Below, piece after piece: positions 1 to 10,314 of a stretch of 64,000 bases of DNA. Position 1 is the stretch's first letter. Every line of letters begins with the position of its first letter. The stretch comes from Nitrosomonas sp. (lineage in GTDB: Bacteria > Pseudomonadota > Gammaproteobacteria > Burkholderiales > Nitrosomonadaceae), in assembly GCA_044228295.1 (NCBI GenBank), contig JBGAVE010000008.1, forward strand, positions 15,235 to 79,234. Direction: 5' to 3'. The notes below the pieces were generated by a model, which saw nothing but the letters and a program-made list of their open reading frames with translations, had not been told where the DNA came from and ran no database searches. Position numbers and translations under genes: made by a program.

Positions 1-85
1 ATACCGATTGAAATTTCAGAGGTTTCACATGGACACGATGGAAATAGTCATGTCCATACCCATATCAGTCCAAGGACTTAGAAAA

Positions 86-1321
86 CTACCATCCACTGAC
101 ATAAAGATTGATCAAAGTGGATGAGTTTTGATAGAGTTCCACAATACCGTGACGATCAAACCGTAAATCGTTTAATTTCACAGATTTTGCCGGCAAAACT
201 TCTTTTGTAGAAAAATTAAACTGCATCAACGGCGTGACATGGTGCGAATCGACATAGAGATTACCCGATTCATCTGCGTTTGCGATAGGATCGTGAATAT
301 CTGCGATAACATGAATCAATTCTGCTATTTTTTCCTTTGGAAGTGTAATCGTATAGGTATCAAAGAAGTGATCAGGAACCGGAGATGAATTGAATGCAAA
401 AGTTTCTAACCCGAGTGTTGCGCCGACAGCTTGTGCTAATCCCCCACCAATCGAGTGACCTGCAACGGTAATCTTGGCACCAGGATAGCGAGCGATTACG
501 TCACTTGCAAAATTAAAAGCGTCTTTAAATTGATCACTAACTATTCCTGTAGCAATTGCCGAATCTGCTGTGACATCAAGTGCAAGTTCCTCCGTTTCTC
601 TCAGAGAGCATGGAAAATTGCAGGTATCCGTACCACGAAAAACCAGCGCTAATTCTTTAGGATTGGTATTTTGATTTTCATAAAGACCTGCATCCATTCC
701 GGAACTTTTACCGTTAGATTGGATTAATTTCCAAGAACCCAGAACGGTGTTGTCGTAGTTGTACACTAAATCAGCTAATTGCATGTATGGTAATGATTTA
801 CCAAGTATATCGACTGCACGGCGTTCATTGGCTAAAAGCATGCCGTAAGGTTTCCAGTCCCTGCCTGCTAGATAGTCCGGTCGAATATAAACTGATACAT
901 TATTGAGTTGGAAAATGGATCCACTATCTGGTAGTAGATTTAAGCTTACGTTATAGCGTTCGGTACCGAATTGTTTAGGAATATCAACTTTGGGAATATT
1001 TAAAATTCTTGTCGCGGAAGTATAAGTGGGGCCGCTGGGATCTGCAGCGGTATCCAATTCGATACTAGTCAGTTGAAATAGATTGCTTTGGTCTGGATTG
1101 CTAGTGCCAAGCCACTGTAAGGTTCCTTTGTATATGCTGGTATCAGCCGGATCAATCATTGTTACCTTTTGTAAGCACACCAATCCAGTGGTATCAAGAT
1201 ATGTCGCGGGGGAAGTAAATGTTGAGCATTCTTTGGGTAACGCATGGGATGCTGATGTGATCAAAAGCATACTGATAAAACTAATGGAGCTGAGCAATGG
1301 GGTCGTGAAGTGATATTTCAT
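86..1321 (-). CDS. Secreted lipase/phospholipase-like alpha/beta hydrolase (lipase class 3/Mbeg1-like) with two N-terminal beta-rich repeats
   Basis: Signal peptide ending ASHA; LVFRGT and nucleophile elbow GHSIGG; candidate catalytic D (DIHDPI) and H (DRHG). Confidence 0.7.
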   Translation of the reverse strand: MKYHFTTPLLSSISFISMLLITSASHALPKECSTFTSPATYLDTTGLVCLQKVTMIDPADTSIYKGTLQWLGTSNPDQSNLFQLTSIELDTAADPSGPTYTSATRILNIPKVDIPKQFGTERYNVSLNLLPDSGSIFQLNNVSVYIRPDYLAGRDWKPYGMLLANERRAVDILGKSLPYMQLADLVYNYDNTVLGSWKLIQSNGKSSGMDAGLYENQNTNPKELALVFRGTDTCNFPCSLRETEELALDVTADSAIATGIVSDQFKDAFNFASDVIARYPGAKITVAGHSIGGGLAQAVGATLGLETFAFNSSPVPDHFFDTYTITLPKEKIAELIHVIADIHDPIANADESGNLYVDSHHVTPLMQFNFSTKEVLPAKSVKLNDLRFDRHGIVELYQNSSTLINLYVSGW

Positions 1322-1425
1322 AATTGAATTAAATGATTGGTGGGTAAGAGTGCACGGTTAGACATAACGCGTTGATGAACGTTCTATTTGAAACGTAATA
1401 ATACTGCGTATGCGGTTTTGTTGTA

Positions 1426-1941
1426 TCAACGCGGCATGCTCGGATGATAACCAGATTTTAATGCGCGAATAGCATCTTCGTTGTTGCGGACGATTTGTCT
1501 ATTGGGACAGAAAATATTTTTGGCGAGCTCACGCTGTGCAAAAAACTGTCGAACAAGGGTCAGCTTTTCCCATTCTGATACGCGTGGTTGTGCCCATGTT
1601 TTGTCATCACGACCCAGTGCATACAGTTTTCTTTCAGTTGTTGAGCAACGTATACCTTCATAGCTAATATTTAATGCACCAGAAGAGGATTTAACGACCA
1701 GAGTAAAGCGAATTACGCCATCTTCACCGACACTAATGGAAGCAGGATCGATGAGATACTGATTATCAGTAATGGCGCCACCACTCACATCAAATTCCAA
1801 CAAGCTTCGGGTATCAGGATACGTGGGTAACTGTGTTGCACGCTCAGCCCAAGTTTTTTCGTCTTCAAACTGATCTTTGAAAGTTTTGTTGGCGCAGCCC
1901 GTCAGAATGAGAATGCCGATTAGTATGACCAGTGATTTCAT
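1426..1941 (-). CDS. CNP1-like family lipoprotein
   Basis: Lipobox LTGC; IDPASISVGEDGVIRFTLV...YEGIRC motif; start overlaps the stop of the upstream DUF3501 gene. Confidence 0.7.
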   Translation of the reverse strand: MKSLVILIGILILTGCANKTFKDQFEDEKTWAERATQLPTYPDTRSLLEFDVSGGAITDNQYLIDPASISVGEDGVIRFTLVVKSSSGALNISYEGIRCSTTERKLYALGRDDKTWAQPRVSEWEKLTLVRQFFAQRELAKNIFCPNRQIVRNNEDAIRALKSGYHPSMPR

Positions 1942-2528
1942 GCTTCGGTAAAGTCATTTAACAGTGATGTCCGGGTATCGGAATGGATGCTATCAACCGA
2001 TACGGAATAAGCCGGATGATCGATGCCCATGCGTAACGTGGCATTTTGGCGTAATGCTTGAATCATTTCGGGCATCAGTTCAAAACGTAAAAAATGCACC
2101 GACGAAGTTTTATCAGAATTTTCACGTTCGATATCTTCATCAGCGATTGCAAAAACACTTTCGAATTCACCGATCTGAACCCATACCCGGTCTTCAATCC
2201 CTAACAGAAGCGCTAGTTTTTTTGCACGTTCCTCCGGATCGGGATATTCAATCATCATCGTTACTTTCCAATTGCACCCGTCTGGAACCAGTGGCGTATA
2301 AGTTTGGAGTTCATGAATGATTTCTGTTTCTTTGAAAATTCGTTCAGCATGTAACATTTCTTGAATTTGATAACGAATTGTCAACTCATCTTCAAAAATT
2401 AAGGTTACATTGTTTCCTAGCGCAACTTTTCGTGGTTTCTTATGTGCTATCAATTGCTTACGAAAATTATCACGTATTTTTGCGTAGGCTTCGAGTGTTA
2501 ACAGGCTATCACGCGTAATACGCTTCAT
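1938..2528 (-). CDS. DUF3501 family protein
   Basis: LLTLEAYAKIR...YQIQEMLHAE...KTSSVHFLRF; lies next to an Fe-S oxidoreductase and rubrerythrin. Confidence 0.85.
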   Translation of the reverse strand: MKRITRDSLLTLEAYAKIRDNFRKQLIAHKKPRKVALGNNVTLIFEDELTIRYQIQEMLHAERIFKETEIIHELQTYTPLVPDGCNWKVTMMIEYPDPEERAKKLALLLGIEDRVWVQIGEFESVFAIADEDIERENSDKTSSVHFLRFELMPEMIQALRQNATLRMGIDHPAYSVSVDSIHSDTRTSLLNDFTEA

Positions 2529-3937
2529 GCTTTGTCCTCTAAATCAACGGAATTAGTCGGTAAAACCTGCAAATTTGGAATGCTGCATTGATGGTCATCA
2601 TAGCCATACGCTAAACGTAATAAGCTCAATGGATGTAACTTTTTCGCTTTGCTGCCGGAATGATTTTCACAAATACCTTGCTCTATATGGCGTGCGGCGA
2701 TAGCACAATCCGAGCTAATATAATCTGGATTTGGCGCACTCATTTGTTTGAAGACCGGGCGTCCGATTTTCATCGAATCGGCAAAGTATTCACTTTTGAC
2801 GCCCCAAGTGCCGTCATGTCCGGAACAACGTTCGACGCTATTCACGCTTGTTCCCGGTATTAATTGCATCACATCGCGTGTTTTTTTGCCAATATTTTGG
2901 ACACGTTGATGGCAGGGAATGTGATACGAAACATTCCCTAACGATTGTTTGAAATCTGTTTTGAGCAAATTATCTTGATTCCTAAGCCACAAATATTCAA
3001 ACGGATCAAACATTGCGGCTGCGACAGTTTGAACGGCGACATCTTCAGGAAACAATAATGGCAGCTCCTGTTTGTACATCAAAACACAGGACGGAATCGC
3101 GGAAATAATGGCATAACCTTGCTGAGCCAATGTTAACAAATGTGGAATGTTTTGATTTTTCAAAGCTTCCACAGCTTGCAGATCACCTAATTCGAGCTTG
3201 GGCATGCCGCAGCATACTTCTTGCTCAACTAAGCGGGTTGGAATCTCGTTATGCTTAAGGATTTGTAATAAATCGTGACCAATGCCGGGTTCGTTGTAAT
3301 TGACATAGCATGTTGCGTAAATGGCTACTTTCCCGGGCGTTTTATTGCCATCTTTTACCGTGAAGCGATCGTTCAATTGCGCATGGGAACGAAATTGATG
3401 TGCAGTATATTCCGGAAGTTTTCGTTCGGAATGTATGCCCAGTGTGCTATCCAGTACTTTACGAGCCTGTGGCGTTTTATTTAATGTATTGATCGTTGGC
3501 GCGATAACGGGATTGGCTGCGACTTTGCCCATCAAATCGGTACTAGAAAGTAATTTGTCGCGAAAACCGGCACCCGATTGTTGATACTTAACGGCTTTGG
3601 CACGTAACATCAGATGCGGAAAATCAACGTTCCATTCGTGAGGCGGTACATAAGGACATTTGGTCATGAAGCACATATCGCACAGATAACAGCGATCGAC
3701 TACTTCTTGGAAGCGATTTTTTTCTACGCCATCGATTTCACCGGTAGAACCGTCATCGATCAAATCAAAAAGTCGTGGGAAAGCGGTGCAGAGATTGACG
3801 CATCGGCGACAGCCATGACATATGTCAAAGACACGTTCCATTTCTTGTTGTAATTTTTCTGGATTGTAAAAATCTGCATTTTTCCAATCGACCGGATGAC
3901 GTTTGGGGGCTTCGAGACTACCTTCGCGAGATGCCAT
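2525..3937 (-). CDS. Fe-S oxidoreductase (GlpC/heterodisulfide-reductase-like, CCG domains)
   Basis: CHGCRRCVNLC and CYLCDMCFMTKC ferredoxin motifs; CCG motif VCCGMP. Confidence 0.88.
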   Translation of the reverse strand: MASREGSLEAPKRHPVDWKNADFYNPEKLQQEMERVFDICHGCRRCVNLCTAFPRLFDLIDDGSTGEIDGVEKNRFQEVVDRCYLCDMCFMTKCPYVPPHEWNVDFPHLMLRAKAVKYQQSGAGFRDKLLSSTDLMGKVAANPVIAPTINTLNKTPQARKVLDSTLGIHSERKLPEYTAHQFRSHAQLNDRFTVKDGNKTPGKVAIYATCYVNYNEPGIGHDLLQILKHNEIPTRLVEQEVCCGMPKLELGDLQAVEALKNQNIPHLLTLAQQGYAIISAIPSCVLMYKQELPLLFPEDVAVQTVAAAMFDPFEYLWLRNQDNLLKTDFKQSLGNVSYHIPCHQRVQNIGKKTRDVMQLIPGTSVNSVERCSGHDGTWGVKSEYFADSMKIGRPVFKQMSAPNPDYISSDCAIAARHIEQGICENHSGSKAKKLHPLSLLRLAYGYDDHQCSIPNLQVLPTNSVDLEDKA

Positions 3938-4036
3938 AGTTCATTATCTTTTTGGCAAAAATTATCCTACTTGAAAGATTCGTTGCAAACGATGCAACGA
4001 ATCTTTCTTGGTTTGAATATGTTGGAATGGATTTAT

Positions 4037-4456
4037 TTAATCAGCTAAACCATCCAATGCACGTTGGAAACGATTGGCATGCGAGCGTTCCGCTTTGGCC
4101 AGAGTTTCAAACCAATCGGCGATTTCATCAAAACCTTCTTCACGTGCAATTTTCGTCATGCCAGGATACATGTCGGTATACTCGTGCGTTTCGCCAGCGA
4201 TCGCTGTTTTCAGATTGTCTCGTGTCGAACCGAATGGTAGGCCGGTTGCTGGATCGCCACAAGTTTCGAGATATTCCAAATGACCATGCGCGTGTCCGGT
4301 TTCGCCTTCTGCCGTGGAGCGGAATACTGACGCGACATCGTTCTGTCCTTCTACATCGGCTTTAGCTGCAAAATACAGATAACGGCGATTTGCTTGAGAT
4401 TCACCCGCAAACGCGGCTTTCAGATTTCCTTCAGTTTTTGATCCTTTGAGTTGCAT
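4037..4456 (-). CDS. Short rubrerythrin (no rubredoxin domain)
   Basis: [23 protein letters not shown] and [10 protein letters not shown] di-iron motifs. Confidence 0.93.
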   Translation of the reverse strand: MQLKGSKTEGNLKAAFAGESQANRRYLYFAAKADVEGQNDVASVFRSTAEGETGHAHGHLEYLETCGDPATGLPFGSTRDNLKTAIAGETHEYTDMYPGMTKIAREEGFDEIADWFETLAKAERSHANRFQRALDGLAD

Positions 4457-4784
4457 ATATTTCTCCTTTTTATGTTGATGCGATTTCTTTTTGTTGTTAG
4501 TGCTAAATTGATGCTGATAAATTTACTTATGACAGTTGAAAAACGAAACGACCTATTGAATTCGGAAACCGTTGTGGTTTTCCAGTTTTTACTTAGCAGA
4601 GCGCAATTAGTGTTTCGTAAATGTACGCCCACATGTTAATCATGTAGAAAAAGACTATCGAAGGGCTTAACGATTGTCAACACCTGCATGCTTTGAGAAA
4701 CTCAGCCGGTAGATGTTGAAGAGACTATTATGTCATGATAAATCTGTTAGTCTATCGAATTGTTACAATTTATTCATAAAGCTT

Positions 4785-5558
4785 ATGAAGATCGCGACTT
4801 GGAACGTCAATTCATTAAAAGTGAGATTGCCTCATGTAATCGATTGGTTGAACAATCATCAGCCTGACATTTTATGTTTGCAAGAAACTAAATTGATTGA
4901 CGATCATTTTCCATTAAATGACATTAACGCGTTGGGTTATCACTGTTTATTTAGCGGTCAGAAAACCTATAACGGCGTAGCGATTCTTAGCAAATTAGCA
5001 GGAAATGATAGGATTTTAGATATCCCACAGTTTTCTGACGAACAAAAAAGAGTGATTTCTGCGACCTATGGAGATTTACGTGTGGTGTGTGTTTACGTGC
5101 CAAACGGTGAATCGGTGGAATCAGCTAAATATCAGTATAAATTGCAATGGCTAACCGCGCTTAAACAATGGTTGCAGCAGGAGCTGATACGTTATGAGCG
5201 ATTGATTGTATTGGGTGATTTTAATATCGCTCCAGAAGATCGTGATGTGTATGACCCTGATGCTTGGCGTGACAAAGTGCTGTGCAGTCAACCTGAACGA
5301 GATGCGCTGAATGGTTTGATTGGTTTAGGGTTAAAGGACAGTTTTCGTTTGTTTGAACAACCTGAGAAATCCTATACTTGGTGGGATTATCGCATGATGG
5401 CTTTTCGATTGAACCGAGGTTTGCGCATTGATCACATATTAATTAGTGATGAGCTGACGAAAGATTGTTCGGCATGCAGTATCGATAAACAACCGCGAAA
5501 ATTGGAGCGTCCTTCAGATCACGCACCCGTCATTGTGGAGTTTAAAGTTAAGGGGTAA
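4785..5558 (+). CDS. xth: Exodeoxyribonuclease III
   Basis: MKIATWNVNS, LQETK, GDFN and SDHAP motifs; start moved from 4713 to the ATG at 4785. Confidence 0.95.
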   Translation: MKIATWNVNSLKVRLPHVIDWLNNHQPDILCLQETKLIDDHFPLNDINALGYHCLFSGQKTYNGVAILSKLAGNDRILDIPQFSDEQKRVISATYGDLRVVCVYVPNGESVESAKYQYKLQWLTALKQWLQQELIRYERLIVLGDFNIAPEDRDVYDPDAWRDKVLCSQPERDALNGLIGLGLKDSFRLFEQPEKSYTWWDYRMMAFRLNRGLRIDHILISDELTKDCSACSIDKQPRKLERPSDHAPVIVEFKVKG

Positions 5559-6042
5559 CTTTTGACGGTTCAGATTTCTTCTCGGTTAGAGTCTGCATTT
5601 CAGCGCGTAATGCGCCGAGATTTTTTTCGCGTTCTTGTATTTCTTGTCTTAGACGTTCGACCCGATCGATATAACGTTGATAATTACGCTCGCTGCCCAA
5701 TCGATCAGGAACCCCGTCTTTATATTCTTCTCTGACTTCATTCAGGCGTTTTTCTTCTTCCGTAATCTTAGTCGCTAATTGACTGCGCTGTTCTTCGAAT
5801 TTCATCGATTCTCTGCGCTGGATAATACGCTCTTCTGCGCCGCTCGAATTGGTTGAAGGCGGCATGACAACAATGGGGGGCAGATTCAATTGTTTTGCAT
5901 TTGCAGAAGGCACATTGGAGTAGGTAACTTTGCCGTCTTTATCGACGTGTTTGTAAATAGTGGCTTGTGCTGAGTTAATCGAAAATAGGGTACTTATCGA
6001 CAAAAAAAACAAGGAGGATTTGATTTTTTTCATGACACTCAT
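5548..6042 (-). CDS. DUF4124 domain secreted protein with coiled-coil C-terminus
   Basis: Signal peptide followed by IYKHVDKDGKVTYSNVP. Confidence 0.85.
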   Translation of the reverse strand: MSVMKKIKSSLFFLSISTLFSINSAQATIYKHVDKDGKVTYSNVPSANAKQLNLPPIVVMPPSTNSSGAEERIIQRRESMKFEEQRSQLATKITEEEKRLNEVREEYKDGVPDRLGSERNYQRYIDRVERLRQEIQEREKNLGALRAEMQTLTEKKSEPSKVTP

Positions 6043-6067
6043 GGACTATAAGAAACTTTTTAAACTA

Positions 6068-6535
6068 TCACTTAGAAAGTTCTTTTTTTAGGGCAGAAAT
6101 ATTTCGTTGATGCAGGTAGAGCTTATTTTTGAGCTGGACAACTTTGTCATCTTGGAAATTTTCGTCATTTTTACTCATTTGTGACAATGATTGTTGCGTA
6201 TCAAAAAGCAATTTGTTTTCGCTATGTAATTCTTTTTCCAAAATTTGGCGCCGCGTGCCATCACGTTCTTTTTGAGTATTGTTTTTAACACTCGGCGCTG
6301 ATGCGGTAGACGCTGATGCGGTAGAGGATCTTTGTGTGATAACCGTGCCCGTATTCCTAGAGTAAGATGCAATATTAATTCTTTGCGCATTGCGAACGGG
6401 ACGGTTGGTAAAAGTAATATTACCGTCTTTGTCGACAAACTTATAGATATCTTTCCCAGCTACTGCGCTGGATAAGAATCCTAGCAACATTGTTACGAAA
6501 ATGAGAGATAATTTTCTAATTTTCATATCGCGCAT
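6068..6535 (-). CDS. DUF4124 domain secreted protein
   Basis: Signal peptide followed by IYKFVDKDGNITFTNRP. Confidence 0.85.
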   Translation of the reverse strand: MRDMKIRKLSLIFVTMLLGFLSSAVAGKDIYKFVDKDGNITFTNRPVRNAQRINIASYSRNTGTVITQRSSTASASTASAPSVKNNTQKERDGTRRQILEKELHSENKLLFDTQQSLSQMSKNDENFQDDKVVQLKNKLYLHQRNISALKKELSK

Positions 6536-6639
6536 ATTATCGTTACTATCGTTAATAAAGATATTGTAGAAATAAATGCAACCGTCTAATTAATATACCA
6601 TTCATCTTAGATATAAAGTAAAAATTGTTAACCGAATTA

Positions 6640-8049
6640 TTACAAACTGTAATAAAGCTCAAATTCAACAGGGTGCGTTGTCATCCGTAACCGGGTGACT
6701 TCTTCCATTTTTAATTGGATGTATGCATCAATCATGTCATTGGAAAAAACACCGCCTCGTATCAGGAAATCACGATCCTTATCCAAACAATCGAGTGCTT
6801 CATCCAGTGAAGCGCAGACATTAGGTACTTTTGCCGCTTCCTCAGGGGGTAAGTCATATAAATTTTTATCCATTGGATCACCAGGATGGATTTTATTTTG
6901 TATGCCATCCAATCCAGCCATCATTAATGCAGTAAAAGCCAAATAAGGATTGGCCATCGGATCAGGGAAACGTACTTCGATTCGACGTCCTTTGGGACTA
7001 TTGGCATGCGGAATGCGAATAGCAGCGGAACGGTTACTGGCGGAATAGGCAAGATTAACCGGTGCTTCAAATCCAGGTACCAGGCGTTTGTAAGAATTAG
7101 TGCCAGGATTGGTGATCGCGTTTAGCGCTTTGGCATGTTTGAGAATCCCACCAATATAATAAAGCGCTAATTCGGATAAGCCGGCGTAACCGTTTCCAGA
7201 AAAAAGATTTTTGTCATCTTTCCAAATCGATTGATGTACATGCATGCCAGATCCATTATCACCGACGATCGGTTTGGGCATGAAAGTAGCCGTTTTGCCA
7301 TAGGAATGCGCCACATTATGCACGACATACTTAAGAGCTTGACTCCAATCGGCGCGTCTGACCAAAGTACTATAATTAGTACCGATTTCGCATTGTCCGG
7401 CAGTTGCAACTTCATGATGATGCACTTCTACCCCAATACCCATTTCTTCTAATGCGAGACACATCGCAGAGCGAATATCTTGCAGTGAATCAACGGGAGG
7501 TACAGGAAGATAACCACCTTTTATCACTGGACGATGTCCAGTATTGCCGCTGTCATATTTATTTCTGGCGCTCCAAGCAGCCTCCTCCGAATCGATTCTC
7601 ACCGAGCATCCTGACATATCAATGTGCCAACGAACCGAATCGAAAATAAAAAATTCTGGTTCAGGGCCGAAATAAGCGACATCACCAATACCAGTTGATT
7701 TTAAATAAATTTCTGCGCGTTTAGCGAGCGAACGAGGATCGCGGTTATACCCTTTACCATCGGCGGGTTCCACTACATCACAGGTAATGAATAAGGTCGG
7801 TTCATCCATAAAAGGATCCATGTTGGCTGTTTCAGGATCTGGAATCAGCAACATATCGGAAGCCTGGATGCCTTTCCAGCCACCGATTGATGAACCATCG
7901 AATGGGTGACCATCTTCAAATTTGTCCGCATCAAACGTATGTGAAGGTACCGTGATATGGTGTTCTTTACCATTGGTGTCGGTAAAACGTAGATCAACAA
8001 ACTTAACGTCATTGTCTTGAATGAGTTTCAAAACATCAGCTACAGCCAT
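6640..8049 (-). CDS. glnA: Glutamine synthetase type I
   Basis: [41 protein letters not shown] and adenylylation motif NLYDLP; start taken at MAVADV. Confidence 0.97.
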   Translation of the reverse strand: MAVADVLKLIQDNDVKFVDLRFTDTNGKEHHITVPSHTFDADKFEDGHPFDGSSIGGWKGIQASDMLLIPDPETANMDPFMDEPTLFITCDVVEPADGKGYNRDPRSLAKRAEIYLKSTGIGDVAYFGPEPEFFIFDSVRWHIDMSGCSVRIDSEEAAWSARNKYDSGNTGHRPVIKGGYLPVPPVDSLQDIRSAMCLALEEMGIGVEVHHHEVATAGQCEIGTNYSTLVRRADWSQALKYVVHNVAHSYGKTATFMPKPIVGDNGSGMHVHQSIWKDDKNLFSGNGYAGLSELALYYIGGILKHAKALNAITNPGTNSYKRLVPGFEAPVNLAYSASNRSAAIRIPHANSPKGRRIEVRFPDPMANPYLAFTALMMAGLDGIQNKIHPGDPMDKNLYDLPPEEAAKVPNVCASLDEALDCLDKDRDFLIRGGVFSNDMIDAYIQLKMEEVTRLRMTTHPVEFELYYSL

Positions 8050-8101
8050 TATTTTCTCCAAAGAGCTTTATGATTCATCAATAAAAAACTAAAAGCACAG
8101 A

Positions 8102-8110
8102 ATTATACCA
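8102..8110 (-). promoter_or_regulatory. Extended -10 sigma70 promoter candidate for glnA
   Basis: Minus strand reads TGGTATAAT (TGn-TATAAT), about 50 nt upstream of the glnA start. Confidence 0.5.
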
Positions 8111-8313
8111 GCACAACAGGGTAAATGATTTGCATGCGTATCATTCTGCACAATAACGTCATGAAAATAACCTTTTTATTATAATAAACGCGTGCTGCAA
8201 GGAATGTAGTCATGTATGCTGTAATATCCATCGAATAATGCAGGAATTCAAAAATAGCAATCGAATGCATTGATGAATTGTTACATTGAAAAAGCTGTTT
8301 GACTATTAACTGA

Positions 8314-9912
8314 ATGCCCCAAGCACTTGCTACTCTTAAGAAAGTATTTGGCTATTCCGCTTTTCGCGGACAACAAGCTGAAGTGATCGACCACCTTGTT
8401 GCAGGTGGCGATTGCCTGGTTTTAATGCCAACCGGCGGTGGAAAATCCTTATGCTATCAAATTCCGGCGCTGCTGCGTCCTGGTGTGGCTATCGTTGTTT
8501 CCCCTTTAATTGCATTGATGCACAATCAAGTTGCTGCGCTTAACCAAATGGGTGTGCGTGCTGCGACATTGAACTCGTCTTTATCGTTCGAAGCAGCAGC
8601 GTTGGTCGAGCAAAATTTGCTGATGCAACAATATGATCTGTTATACGTTGCGCCAGAACGGCTTTTGACTCCTCGCTTTATGCGTTTCTTGGGGCAAATA
8701 CCGATTGCATTGTTTGCTATTGATGAAGCACACTGTGTATCACAATGGGGCCATGATTTTCGTCCTGAATATAGCCAATTATCCGTGCTGCAGCAACGCT
8801 TTCTTCGAGTACCGCGCATTGCGTTAACCGCAACAGCCGATATCGATACACGTCGAGAAATCGTTGAAAAATTGCAGTTGGCCGATGCAAAAATTTTTAT
8901 CGATAGTTTTGATCGCCCCAATATTCGCTATCAGGTTATCGACAAAGCCAATAGCCGTATGCAGCTATTGAATTTTATTCACACCCATCATGCTGGAGAG
9001 GCGGGCATTGTCTATTGCGCTTCGCGCAAAAAAGTTGAAGATCTGACGGAATGGTTACTGAGTCAAGGGATACCAGCCGTTGCTTATCATGCAGGCATGG
9101 AAATGCAGCAGCGTCAATTCAACCAGGAAAAATTTTTACTCGAAGAGGGTGTCATCATGGTGGCTACCATCGCTTTTGGTATGGGGATCGATAAACCCAA
9201 CGTACGGTTTGTCGCGCATCTTGATCTACCAAAAAGTATTGAAGGTTATTATCAGGAGACGGGTAGGGCAGGTCGCGATGGACGCATGGCTAACGCCTGG
9301 ATGGCGTATGGTTTAAACGATGTGATTCAACATCGACGTGTGATTGAAGGATCTCCAACGCACATTGAATTTAAGCGGGTTTCGATCAAGAAGCTCGAAG
9401 CCCTGCTATCACTTTGTGAAACGACTACGTGCCGTCGGATACAAATGTTGCATTATCTTGGAGAACAGACAGATATTGAACCGTGTGGAAATTGCGATAT
9501 TTGTTTGCACCCACCGCAAACCTGGGATGCAAGCATTGAAGTACAGAAAGCGCTTTCATGTGTATATCGAACCGGACAGATGTTTGGAGTGGGACATTTG
9601 ATTGACGTGCTACGTGGAAACTTGACTGTGCGTGTCAAAGAGTGGCAACACGACCGCTTGAGCACCTTTGCAATCGGTCAAGAGTTATCTGAAAAAGCAT
9701 GGCGATTAATATTTCGCCAACTCATCGCATTAAAGTTGCTGACTACGGATGGCGAAGGGCGCGGTGCCTTGCATTTGACTGAAGCGAGCCGCGCTGTATT
9801 GAAAGGATTGCAAACGGTGCATTTACGCGAACATGCATTGATATTATCAGGTCAGACAGTTTCTCATTCAATGCGACCTATTTCCAACAAATCTAAATAC
9901 ACTGTTTTGTAA
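8314..9912 (+). CDS. recQ: DNA helicase RecQ, apparently lacking the HRDC domain
   Basis: [23 protein letters not shown], Zn-binding CRR..CGNCDIC and RQC domain; ends at 532 aa. Confidence 0.93.
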   Translation: MPQALATLKKVFGYSAFRGQQAEVIDHLVAGGDCLVLMPTGGGKSLCYQIPALLRPGVAIVVSPLIALMHNQVAALNQMGVRAATLNSSLSFEAAALVEQNLLMQQYDLLYVAPERLLTPRFMRFLGQIPIALFAIDEAHCVSQWGHDFRPEYSQLSVLQQRFLRVPRIALTATADIDTRREIVEKLQLADAKIFIDSFDRPNIRYQVIDKANSRMQLLNFIHTHHAGEAGIVYCASRKKVEDLTEWLLSQGIPAVAYHAGMEMQQRQFNQEKFLLEEGVIMVATIAFGMGIDKPNVRFVAHLDLPKSIEGYYQETGRAGRDGRMANAWMAYGLNDVIQHRRVIEGSPTHIEFKRVSIKKLEALLSLCETTTCRRIQMLHYLGEQTDIEPCGNCDICLHPPQTWDASIEVQKALSCVYRTGQMFGVGHLIDVLRGNLTVRVKEWQHDRLSTFAIGQELSEKAWRLIFRQLIALKLLTTDGEGRGALHLTEASRAVLKGLQTVHLREHALILSGQTVSHSMRPISNKSKYTVL

Positions 9913-9930
9913 GGTATTGAATGAAAATGG

Positions 9931-10314
9931 TTATTTAATTTTCGTCTCTTCAATGATCTGTGCGTCTTCTATGACATTTGACCGCTTAGAATGCGGGGAC
10001 GGTGTTGTGTCGTTCCAATCTTCGTCCGGATAATGGGTTTGGTGAGCCGTGCGGTTAGCTTGCTGATATTTCCGCCGTAACCACCAGAATCTGGTCCCAA
10101 TAACTGTTGCGGCTACCGCTAGTAAAGCCATAAATGCTGCAAAAAAGAAAAAACCAACCATGGTCATCACAATGACCACTGGGATAAGCAGTGCAATGGT
10201 GAGCCAGTTATTGATCGGAAAAATCGACGTGCGTTTCGTTGTGCGGGGATCGGCTCCGTGTGTATCACTCTGCAAAATTCTTTGGATAATGATTCTTTTT
10301 TGTTCGTGATTCAT
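9931..10314 (-). CDS. Hypothetical membrane protein
   Basis: Two hydrophobic segments; start overlaps the pepP stop. Confidence 0.65.
   Translation of the reverse strand: MNHEQKRIIIQRILQSDTHGADPRTTKRTSIFPINNWLTIALLIPVVIVMTMVGFFFFAAFMALLAVAATVIGTRFWWLRRKYQQANRTAHQTHYPDEDWNDTTPSPHSKRSNVIEDAQIIEETKIK

Noticed and set aside
4508-4521. FNR-like site upstream of rubrerythrin (TTGAT-GCTG-ATAAA)
   Set aside because: One mismatch in AT-rich DNA with no supporting promoter geometry; too weak to call
8094-8110. Sigma54 promoter for glnA (TGGTATAATTCTGTGC)
   Set aside because: GG to GC spacing is 11 nt rather than the required 10; an extended -10 reading fits better
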